Source: Candidatus Moranbacteria bacterium UBA1362 (GTDB taxonomy: Bacteria > Patescibacteriota > Minisyncoccia > Moranbacterales > GWC2-37-73). From it: a stretch of DNA of 64,000 nucleotides. The notes beneath the pieces were generated by a model. The model did no database searches. It was not told the DNA's origin and saw only the letters and a program-made list of their open reading frames with translations. Below, piece after piece: positions 56,157-64,000 of the stretch. Position 1 is the stretch's first letter, and every line of letters begins with the position of its first letter. The stretch lies in NCBI GenBank assembly GCA_002306085.1, contig DBRS01000017.1, positions 1,482 to 65,481 on the forward strand. Reading direction: 5' to 3'. The translations under genes were made by a program, and so were the position numbers.

Positions 56157-58637
56157 TTATAGGCTTATCTTTTCACCTTTCTTTAGGTCGCCTGAAATGA
56201 TTTTTTTGGCAATGACGCTCTCAATTTTGTCTTCGATATACCTGTTGAGCGACCTTGCGCCGAAAATCGGGCTATATCCTTTGTCTATGATATCCAGAAC
56301 AACGTTTTCGTCAAACTCCAGTTGGATGTTTTTTTCCTTTGCAACCCTGCGGGCAAGTTTTTGGAGCTGAAGCCGCACGACGCTCTTTAGTTCGTTTCCG
56401 GCAAGCGGCCTGAAAAAGATCACGCCGTCGAAACGGTTCAAAAATTCTGTGCGGAATATATTATTTTCGATGGCATAGTCTACCGCGGCTTTTTTTATCT
56501 CTTCGGCGGCGCTTCCCTCATCAACCATCTTTTTGATTAGAGCCGCTCCGACATTTGAAGTAGCAATGATGATTGTGTTTCGAAAATTAATTTTTTCACC
56601 GAAAGCATCCGTAACGAACCCTTCATCCAAAATTTGCAAAAATAAATCCAGGATGTCCGGATAGGCTTTTTCTATCTCATCAAGCAAAACTATGGAATAA
56701 GGATTGTCTTTTATTTTAGTGGCAAGTCTTCCGGGCTGGTTCAGGTGGCTCGAGCCGAGAAGCCTGTCGACCGAACTGGGATTTTGGAATTCACTCATAT
56801 CAAAGCGCATCAATTTGTTCTCGTCACCGAAATACATTTTTGCAAGAGCTTTCGCCGTTTCCGTCTTCCCGACTCCGGTCGGACCGAGAAACATGAAGCT
56901 TCCAACCGGCTTTTGGGAATTTCTTATGCCGCTTCGCGCGCGTCTTAAGGCTTCCGAAACTTGTTTAATCGCTTCTTCCTGGCCGATTACTTGCCCATGC
57001 AAACGCTTTTCGAGATTAAGAAGTTTCTTCTTTTCGTCAGCGTCTATTTCCCCGTGCTGAATTCCGGTTTTCATTGTGAGATAGTCAGCAACAGTCTGTT
57101 CTTCAATGAGATGTTCCTGCGATTTTTTCTCCCAAAACATAAGTGTTTCCATCGCAAGATCTATCGCCCTTTCCGGAAGCGGAATCTTCCAATTGTATTT
57201 TTCCGACTCTTTGACAACCAATTTGAGCGCTTTGTATGTGAAAATCACTCTTTTGCTTTCGTGCTTTTCCAGTTCCATCAAAAGTATTTTGACGGCTTCC
57301 GTTTCGGAAGGCTCGCGCATTTCGATAACTTCAAAATATTTCGTGATTTCCTGATGCTTTTCAATCAATTCATGATATTCCTTCATGGTTGAAGTGGCGA
57401 TTATCCTGAACGAAGGAATGTCAAGAAATTCTCCGAGCACTGCGGAAATGTCGGGATGAAATGCGCTTTGATTTTTCCCCAAAAAATGCTCGACGTGTTC
57501 GATTGCCAGAATAACATTTCCCGCATAGCAACTTTCGGAAAAAATGAGCCGCAATTTGTTTTCAACATCTTCTCCGCGATTGATTGCATCGGCAATAACC
57601 CTGCCGAGATCCAGGAGCAGAATTCTTGCTTCGGCAAAACTTTTTTCATTCCTGAGACGCACATTGAGCGCAAACGCGTGAATAAGCGTTTTCTTGCCTA
57701 TGCCGCTGTCTCCCGCAAGCAAAACACAATTCTGATCGGGCCTCAGCATGATCATTTTTAGAAGTTCGTATTCATTATTCCTGCCCACAAGTTCCGATTT
57801 GAAATAACCTGTCGGATCGCCCTTCGAAAGATCCGTGCAATATCTGTCGAGATTGACGGTATATCCAAAACGCCACTGCCTTCCTATGGGAGTAGTTTTC
57901 TTGAGATTCTCGCTAAGCCAAAATTTTCCCGCATTATTTTTATCCCGCCAACGCTTGGTTTCCCATCTGACGATACTTTCAAATTCTTCGCCGCTTATAT
58001 TTTTTTCCTCAAGGAAATTTGCCAGCGATTTCTCGTCAGAAAAAATTGCGGAAAAAGTTTTTGGATCGGTTTCCACCCGATCGCATATTCTTTTGAAGAG
58101 CGGCTGCTTTGCGAGAAGCTCTGGTTTCATTTCGGATAATTCCGGTTTTGTGCTGCTGAAAAAAGACAGAAGCGAGGTCGCAAGCCATACCAGAACAATT
58201 GCAGCTACCGCAATCCAATTCAAACCAAGATAGAAATGCAAGGCAACAGTCGAAAACGGCGCACTGATCCAAAAGAAAACAAGAGCGAGACCAAGTGACA
58301 TTAAAACAAGAAGAAAAAATATCCCCAAAAGAATGACACAGAGGCGAACAAACGCTCCAAGCAACCTTGAAAACATGTTTTCAAAAAAAATTTCCAAACT
58401 CTTCAGCGGATGCCATCCGCGCCAATTTCCGGCTACGGCGTCGCGGTGCCATGGAGAAAAAAGCGTCAAAGAAAGTTCTTTAAGCGAAAAAAAATCCAAA
58501 ACAAAAACCAGGAAATTTTTCCAGATTTCAAATATTCCATGGATTCCTTCATTGAAGTACCAGGACAAAAAATTGAGACGTTTCATTTTGAAATTATTTA
58601 AATTTCTCACACATCTGAAAGCGCGCGGAAAGCACAA
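56157..58637 (-). CDS. Membrane-anchored ClpA/ClpB-like double AAA+ ATPase (no M-domain, no ClpP IGF loop seen)
   Basis: N-terminal ~4 TM helices; D1 Walker A GDSGIGKKT; D2 Walker A GPTGVGKTE plus sensor regions. Confidence 0.7.
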   Translation of the reverse strand: MCFPRAFRCVRNLNNFKMKRLNFLSWYFNEGIHGIFEIWKNFLVFVLDFFSLKELSLTLFSPWHRDAVAGNWRGWHPLKSLEIFFENMFSRLLGAFVRLCVILLGIFFLLVLMSLGLALVFFWISAPFSTVALHFYLGLNWIAVAAIVLVWLATSLLSFFSSTKPELSEMKPELLAKQPLFKRICDRVETDPKTFSAIFSDEKSLANFLEEKNISGEEFESIVRWETKRWRDKNNAGKFWLSENLKKTTPIGRQWRFGYTVNLDRYCTDLSKGDPTGYFKSELVGRNNEYELLKMIMLRPDQNCVLLAGDSGIGKKTLIHAFALNVRLRNEKSFAEARILLLDLGRVIADAINRGEDVENKLRLIFSESCYAGNVILAIEHVEHFLGKNQSAFHPDISAVLGEFLDIPSFRIIATSTMKEYHELIEKHQEITKYFEVIEMREPSETEAVKILLMELEKHESKRVIFTYKALKLVVKESEKYNWKIPLPERAIDLAMETLMFWEKKSQEHLIEEQTVADYLTMKTGIQHGEIDADEKKKLLNLEKRLHGQVIGQEEAIKQVSEALRRARSGIRNSQKPVGSFMFLGPTGVGKTETAKALAKMYFGDENKLMRFDMSEFQNPSSVDRLLGSSHLNQPGRLATKIKDNPYSIVLLDEIEKAYPDILDLFLQILDEGFVTDAFGEKINFRNTIIIATSNVGAALIKKMVDEGSAAEEIKKAAVDYAIENNIFRTEFLNRFDGVIFFRPLAGNELKSVVRLQLQKLARRVAKEKNIQLEFDENVVLDIIDKGYSPIFGARSLNRYIEDKIESVIAKKIISGDLKKGEKISL

Positions 58638-58731
58638 ATTTTTTGTAAAGATGAATCAAGCTTCTTTATTACATAATTTTACATCATCAAATATCGCTTT
58701 GCAAATATGAAAATTTGATTGTATAATTGGA

Positions 58732-60609
58732 ATGTCGCCAGCTGAAAAACTCTCGGTTTACAGCCAAAAAATATTTAAATTGCGGTCATCTAAACTACGC
58801 AAAAAACCGATGGAAAACAAAAAATTATCACTTTCGGATTATCATATATTCTTTCTGAAATCAATCTTTTTTCTGGGAATAGTTTGGGTAAGCTTTATCC
58901 TCGCGCTTTTGGGATTTTTTTATGCTTCTTTTATTTGGATCGCCGCCGTAATTTGCGGAATTTTTTTCTTTTGGAACGCCGCTTCGCGCGGTATGCGTCT
59001 CACGCCTTCTGCAGAAATGATGATCGCAAGCGCAGTCATCGCGCTTATTGCGCTGTCATTTTCAATCTTTTCCACTCCCACTGTATTTTCCGGACGCGAT
59101 CAGGGATCCATAAGCGAGGCAGCGATACGGCTTGCCCAAAACCATACGATCGAATTTTCAACTCCAGCAAGCAGTGAATTTTTCAAGATATACGGACCGG
59201 GACGCGCCCTGAATTTCCCGGGCTTTTATTATACCGAAAACGGCCAGCTGACAAGCCAGTTTCCTTTGGTCTACATCGTTTGGCTTGCGCTGTTTTTTGC
59301 CTTATTTGGAACAACTGGATTTGCAGTCGCAAACGCCATTTTGGGATTCATGTTCCTAATGGCGCTATATCTGTTGCTGCGATTTTTCCTGAAGATCCCT
59401 TCTTCTTCTCTCGGAATCGCTTTCATCGCGACATCATTCATCTTTATGTGGTTCTCAAAGTTTACGCTGAGCGAAAATATGGCACTGCCCATACTTTGGA
59501 TTTCCATATTGTCTCTTATTCTTTTTTTAAGAAGACCCCGCAAACTCAGCTACGCGGTTCTTCTCGCGTCATCAGCTCTTATATGCTTTACAAGAATAGA
59601 AGGATTCGCTTTTTTTGTGGTATCCATAGCAATAATTTTTCTCAGCAGAGATGCTAGGGAATTCATCAAGGCCAAAATATTAAAAAGAATATTGCTGCCA
59701 CTGGGCTTCTTTGTCGCGATCCTGCTCTTGAATGCGGTGCAAGACATAAGCTTTTATATCGAACTTGCCAAAACATTAATCCCCAAAGTGACTCCTCCAC
59801 AGGCCCAGCAACTCGGAGAAATGAAAAACACGGTGCTTCCTCCTTTTTATACAGGAAAAATATTTCATTTGTACGGTCTTCTCGGATTCTTCATTTTGGG
59901 CATGCTGGGAGCAGTTGTGCAGGCGCTGAAAAAAGACGTCAGCAAACTTATCCCCCTGTTTGTCGTTGCTCCCACATTCATATATTTCCTGAATTCCCAC
60001 ATCACACCGGATCATCCCTGGATGCTCAGAAGATTCGCTTTCTCTATCTTTCCTGCCGCTGTTTTCTATACAGCGATCCTGGTTGGAGAGCAAATTGAAA
60101 AAAATCAGGCAAGCAGCAGAGAAAAGAAACTGAAATTTATTTCTATTTTTATTTCCCTGGCACTTATCGCTGGAAATCTTGTAGCATTTGTTCGCTATTT
60201 CCCGTTTTCTGAACACAAAAATCTTCTTGCGCAAACGGAAATGATCAGCGAACAATTCTCATCGAACGATCTCGTCCTTCTGGACCGTGAAGTCACAGGT
60301 GACGGCTGGTCGATGATAAGTGGACCGATGAGTTCCCTTTTTGGGAAAAATGCAGTATATTTTTTCAATAACCAGGATTTCAACAAATTAGATTTGGATA
60401 AGTTTGAAAAAGTCTATCTTATGGCACCTGCAAGCAAAGCCAATTATTATCTTAACAGCACCATAGGAAACAGACTATCACCCGTAAACAATTACAGCTT
60501 TACCTTTCCGAAGCTGAATATGGGGCAAAAGGATCCGCTTAAAAAAGTGATCTTTCCTGAAAAGAAAGAATTCTTAGTGACAGGAAAAATTTTCCAAGTA
60601 TCAAAATAA
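58732..60609 (+). CDS. Polytopic GT-C-type glycosyltransferase (PMT/ArnT/GT39-like); true start possibly at Met 58810
   Basis: ~12 TM helices over N-terminal 450 aa then soluble C-terminal domain; sigma-70-like TTGCAA-17-TATAAT at 58700-58728. Confidence 0.5.
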   Translation: MSPAEKLSVYSQKIFKLRSSKLRKKPMENKKLSLSDYHIFFLKSIFFLGIVWVSFILALLGFFYASFIWIAAVICGIFFFWNAASRGMRLTPSAEMMIASAVIALIALSFSIFSTPTVFSGRDQGSISEAAIRLAQNHTIEFSTPASSEFFKIYGPGRALNFPGFYYTENGQLTSQFPLVYIVWLALFFALFGTTGFAVANAILGFMFLMALYLLLRFFLKIPSSSLGIAFIATSFIFMWFSKFTLSENMALPILWISILSLILFLRRPRKLSYAVLLASSALICFTRIEGFAFFVVSIAIIFLSRDAREFIKAKILKRILLPLGFFVAILLLNAVQDISFYIELAKTLIPKVTPPQAQQLGEMKNTVLPPFYTGKIFHLYGLLGFFILGMLGAVVQALKKDVSKLIPLFVVAPTFIYFLNSHITPDHPWMLRRFAFSIFPAAVFYTAILVGEQIEKNQASSREKKLKFISIFISLALIAGNLVAFVRYFPFSEHKNLLAQTEMISEQFSSNDLVLLDREVTGDGWSMISGPMSSLFGKNAVYFFNNQDFNKLDLDKFEKVYLMAPASKANYYLNSTIGNRLSPVNNYSFTFPKLNMGQKDPLKKVIFPEKKEFLVTGKIFQVSK

Positions 60610-60621
60610 CAGGATTTTCTC

Positions 60622-61956
60622 ATGATCAATCTGACAAAGGAAATTAAGCTAAAACACGACCTGCAAAAAAAATATGTGGCGGCCCTGGTTGTCCTTTATG
60701 TTACTTTTTTGGCCGGCATGTTTTTTGTTGCGTATCGTATACTCTTTCCGTCAGCGCCTCTCTTTTTCTCTTTCAGCAATGCCAATGCTCTTAAAAATAA
60801 TTTGCTGTTTCCAAGAACAAGCGGTTGGGACACTCCGGAGAAAGGCATCATCAAAGCCGGAGAAAAATTTATTTTTAATGCGGCTCCTTCCGGTTTTTTT
60901 TCAAAGGCAAAAATTTCTTTCGCGCCTGAAAGCAGTGCCGACATCAAAGGAACACGCGTAGATGCCAGAAAATCATACATGGCATTTTTCTTGCCCGATG
61001 GCAATCCGGTGGGCTTTAAGGATGGCACACTTCTTACATCGAAAGAAAAATATTACATTGTTTCAAACGGAGTGTTGCGCGAATTTGAAAATCAGAGTTT
61101 GATGCAGGAAATGGGATATTCCAAAAACGCGTTCACGCAAGTCAAAGAAGATGATCTGGGATATAACGCGCACGGAGAAATGATTTCAGATCCGCAAAAA
61201 TACCCCGATAACACCGCTTTTTTCGTGGATGACATCTATTATCAACTAAAAAATGGCGAGCTTTTTCCTTTTGTGAGTGAAAAAGCGTTTCTTTCGTCTT
61301 TCGATCCGTCGCAAGCAATAACTAAATCAAGTGATTTTCTTTCACTTTATCCAGTTTCAGAAGACCTGCTCGGCTACGCAGATGGAACGCTTGGTTCATT
61401 TGACGGATCAGTTTACATCTTAAGCAACATGAAAAGCTATCCGATTATAAATCCTGAAACTTTCGTTTCCATGGGATACGACTGGAACACAGTTATTCCT
61501 CTTGATTCTGAAGAAATAAGTATATATGAAAAACAAAAAACTTTTACCCGCAGCCAAATGCATCCGGATGGCACACTTTTTCTGGATGAAAAAAGTGGAA
61601 AATATTATGTGGTTTCTAGCATGACAAAACACCCCATTGAATCTGACGCGGTGGCAAAAACATACCGCAAGCAAAAACCGGTTCTCGCAAGCCTTGAAGA
61701 CAGCGAGAAAGTTTTTTCCTGCGACCTTAAGGATGAAGACCTTACTTTGAACATATATTCCTGCACAATTCCCGTTGTTGAAATGGAGTTATTCCCCGGT
61801 AACGCATACGAAATCAGCACTATATTCGGCGACGACGCCAATCTACAGACAATGAACATGACTTTCCGCACGTCTTTTACATGGAAAAATTTCATGCTTT
61901 CGCTTTCCAATATAAAAAACAGGATTCTGACCAACTACAACATAACTCCGGAATAA
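60622..61956 (+). CDS. Hypothetical N-terminally anchored extracytoplasmic protein (444 aa)
   Basis: single N-terminal TM (VAALVVLYVTFLAGMFFVAY) then large soluble domain; 12-bp gap to upstream gene. Confidence 0.5.
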   Translation: MINLTKEIKLKHDLQKKYVAALVVLYVTFLAGMFFVAYRILFPSAPLFFSFSNANALKNNLLFPRTSGWDTPEKGIIKAGEKFIFNAAPSGFFSKAKISFAPESSADIKGTRVDARKSYMAFFLPDGNPVGFKDGTLLTSKEKYYIVSNGVLREFENQSLMQEMGYSKNAFTQVKEDDLGYNAHGEMISDPQKYPDNTAFFVDDIYYQLKNGELFPFVSEKAFLSSFDPSQAITKSSDFLSLYPVSEDLLGYADGTLGSFDGSVYILSNMKSYPIINPETFVSMGYDWNTVIPLDSEEISIYEKQKTFTRSQMHPDGTLFLDEKSGKYYVVSSMTKHPIESDAVAKTYRKQKPVLASLEDSEKVFSCDLKDEDLTLNIYSCTIPVVEMELFPGNAYEISTIFGDDANLQTMNMTFRTSFTWKNFMLSLSNIKNRILTNYNITPE

Positions 61957-61957
61957 A

Positions 61958-62368
61958 ATGCGCAAAATCGATCTTAGAAAAATTTGCAAAGATAAAGACA
62001 TACATATGGCAGCCTACAAATTACTCAACAATTTGTTGCTGCTTTTGCTTATCGCTTTCACGGGCACAATATTCGCCGAAAGCCTTCTTCCGGGAATCAT
62101 AACTTCCCAGATAGGCTTCACGAGCATAGCGTCAGCCATTCTCCTGACAATGCTCGCGCTAATTTGGATTGGAAACAAATATCAGATAAGATATGAAAAG
62201 CTTCCTCTTAGAAAAACAAGGATCGTTCCGATTTTGGCTTTCGTTTCTTTTCTGCTCTTGGGCAACTCCATGTTAAAATTCGACCTGTGGGAAAATATCA
62301 TAATAACAATGTCTGTTTTATTTTTTATGCTTCTGCTTTACCAGCAGATATTTGAAGCAAAAAAATAG
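61958..62368 (+). CDS. Small polytopic membrane protein (136 aa)
   Basis: 3-4 hydrophobic helices; 1-bp gap to upstream gene. Confidence 0.45.
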   Translation: MRKIDLRKICKDKDIHMAAYKLLNNLLLLLLIAFTGTIFAESLLPGIITSQIGFTSIASAILLTMLALIWIGNKYQIRYEKLPLRKTRIVPILAFVSFLLLGNSMLKFDLWENIIITMSVLFFMLLLYQQIFEAKK

Positions 62369-62404
62369 AAATTACAGACGGAATTTCGCCGCACTTCCTA
62401 TAAT

Positions 62405-62446
62405 AAAAAATGAAACGGCATCATAAAGCCGTTTTTTATTTTTATG
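62405..62446. terminator. Bidirectional rho-independent terminator
   Basis: AAACGGC-atcataaa-GCCGTTTTTTATTTTT. Confidence 0.65.
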
Positions 62447-62475
62447 TTTTATACAAGAATTATTGCCACGGTTAA

Positions 62476-63615
62476 TCACCTGTTTTTTCGCGCATCAAGT
62501 AAAACCTTCAGCGTTTCTTCGGCACACTTCCGCCATGAAAATTTTTGCGCCTGCTTAAATCCTTTTTCTATCAATTCTTTTCTTTTGTCATCATAAGCAA
62601 TAATTTTCTCAATATTTTCTGCTAAAGCAACGGGATTTTCCGCATCGAAAAACAATGCCGCATTTCCGGCCACTTCGGGAATGCTTGAATTTTTTGCAGA
62701 AATGACGGGAACTCCTGAAGCCATTGCTTCAAGAATCGGAATTCCAAAACCTTCGTACAGTGAGGGAAAAATGAAAATTAAGGCGTTTTGATAAAACGCC
62801 GGAAGATGCTCAAAAGGCATTGTGTCTGTTATAACAATATCCTCCTTGAAACTGCTTTGGGAAATTTTTTCAAATACTTCTTCATATTTCCAGGCTGGAG
62901 CTCCGGCAATGGCAAGCTTGATTTTGCTGTTGCCTTTTTTAATGATTTCAAAAGCATCTATCAAAACATTGATGTTTTTCCTAGGCTGGATAGCTCCAAC
63001 ATAAAGAAGGTAATTGCCGGATTCCAGCCCATATTTTTTCAGAATATCGATTGCCGCCACCTCTGAGCTTATTTTCTTTTCAAACAATTCGCGATCAAAA
63101 CCGTTGTGCACCACAGAAATTTTTCCTTCTTTCACGTCGGGATAAAACTTCAATATGTCTTTTTTTGTAGAATTGGAAATCGCGATTATGTGGTCTGCCG
63201 ACCGCACCGCTTTGTCTGTAAGCATATTAAGTTTGAATAAATCTTTTGCGGTAAAATGCTCAGGAAAAATCTTAAAAGCCAAATCATGAATAGTGACCAC
63301 AGTCTTGAGATTTCTTCTTCGCAATATGGGCAAATTCTGAACCGGCATCCAAAGAACATCAGAACTGTCTCTGAAAATTCGGAACGCGAATGCCGTTTGA
63401 GTCCAAAACGCCCGCGATTGACATCTTTCAAAAAAATAATTTGGAAATTTGGGAGGTTTAAGTTTCGGATTAAAGTTTGATTTGTGATAGATGAAAAAAG
63501 AATTTTCCCTGTCGATCTTTCCGAAATTTTTAAGAATATTTAAAAGATAGACCCTGGTGCCGTCTATCCTTTGATGATCCAAATCTGCTGCGTGAACTGC
63601 AATTTTCATATTCAA
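62476..63615 (-). CDS. Glycosyltransferase family 1 (GT4)
   Basis: GT-B E-x7-E region YEGFGIPILEAMASGVPVI. Confidence 0.8.
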   Translation of the reverse strand: MNMKIAVHAADLDHQRIDGTRVYLLNILKNFGKIDRENSFFIYHKSNFNPKLKPPKFPNYFFERCQSRAFWTQTAFAFRIFRDSSDVLWMPVQNLPILRRRNLKTVVTIHDLAFKIFPEHFTAKDLFKLNMLTDKAVRSADHIIAISNSTKKDILKFYPDVKEGKISVVHNGFDRELFEKKISSEVAAIDILKKYGLESGNYLLYVGAIQPRKNINVLIDAFEIIKKGNSKIKLAIAGAPAWKYEEVFEKISQSSFKEDIVITDTMPFEHLPAFYQNALIFIFPSLYEGFGIPILEAMASGVPVISAKNSSIPEVAGNAALFFDAENPVALAENIEKIIAYDDKRKELIEKGFKQAQKFSWRKCAEETLKVLLDARKNR

Positions 63616-64000
63616 AGCGCTCTAAAAACATTTTGATGACGTTTTACGCCAATACTATCTAAAAAATCGGCAAGCTCCTTTCCTTTTATTTCCCTAAACG
63701 CTCCGGCAGCAAGATTTCCCAAACATATGTTTGCGATTCTTACTCTCGAGATATCCACGGCCGTCCATCCCAAATTCGCGCACATACGCCTTATCTCATG
63801 CTTTTTTTCTTCAAACATGATAATCCTGAATGCCGTGTCGCTTTTTTTCTTGACTTCAGCCGGTCTTGTTTTGACGTCTTCAAGCTGGACACCATGGCTC
63901 ATGGCCTTAAGAAAAGTATTTGTGATAGACTTGTCTGTTGAAACGACGTATTCCCTTTCGTACTGCTGTTGCTGATCAAGAAGCCTGCTTGCTATCCTTC
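63612..64000 (-). CDS. Pseudouridine synthase (RsuA/RluB family), C-terminal part; gene continues beyond window end
   Basis: minus frame stays open from 63902 to 64000 (...EYVVSTDKSITNTFLKAMSHGVQLEDVKTRPAE...); RsuA-like catalytic-domain C-terminus. Confidence 0.6.
   Translation of the reverse strand, partial: RIASRLLDQQQQYEREYVVSTDKSITNTFLKAMSHGVQLEDVKTRPAEVKKKSDTAFRIIMFEEKKHEIRRMCANLGWTAVDISRVRIANICLGNLAAGAFREIKGKELADFLDSIGVKRHQNVFRAL

Overview
AT-rich, gene-dense bacterial chromosome segment, almost entirely housekeeping. About 90% of the genes lie on the minus strand. The repertoire is typical of a reduced, Patescibacteria/CPR-like genome (inference, no similarity search possible): a short AlaRS lacking the C-terminal domain, a cell-wall gene cluster split into three blocks, and many secreted or membrane hypotheticals. 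The genetic code is standard: conserved protein C-termini end in TAA, TGA and TAG.

Contents in order:
- a 5'-partial lamin-tail-domain protein
- alaS, two small coiled-coil ORFs, mnmA
- a VirD4/HerA-like P-loop ATPase with a C-terminal zinc ribbon, plus a membrane partner
- a sigma-70 region-4 / HARE-HTH fusion regulator
- pheT, pheS, a Nudix hydrolase, tyrS
- a membrane GGDEF diguanylate cyclase
- secF, secD (carrying an inserted parvulin PPIase domain), secA
- a Cys-rich secreted protein, hpf
- murB, murC, murG, ftsW
- two tandem paralogous secreted parallel beta-helix proteins
- trmD, folC-like, a KH protein, a polyprenyl-phosphate sugar transferase
- RNase P RNA (rnpB, minus strand), buried under spurious ORFs in the track
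- mrdA, mreD, mreC, mreB
- mltG, pcm, yjbQ, trxB, trxA, uppS, a polyprenyl synthase
- a small islet: RecB/Cas4-family nuclease, AbrB-like protein, tRNA-Glu(CUC)
- murF, ftsI, ftsL, rsmH, mraZ, with putative MraZ boxes upstream
- a surface-glycosylation-like cluster: GT1, a secreted protein, a membrane-anchored ClpA/B-like double AAA+ ATPase, a GT-C/PMT-like multipass transferase, two hypotheticals, GT1
- a 3'-partial pseudouridine synthase

The main non-coding signal is a recurring palindromic TTACGTAA motif. It sits in tandem arrays with ~12-bp spacing in at least four intergenic regions, pointing to an undescribed small regulon. Other signals worth following: three unrelated secreted proteins share a 12-aa tail at the extreme C-terminus, suggesting a possible new C-terminal sorting or processing tag; the membrane-anchored Clp-like ATPase sits 2 bp from one of them; SecD carries an inserted parvulin domain. 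No CRISPR array, rRNA, transposase or integrase was seen.
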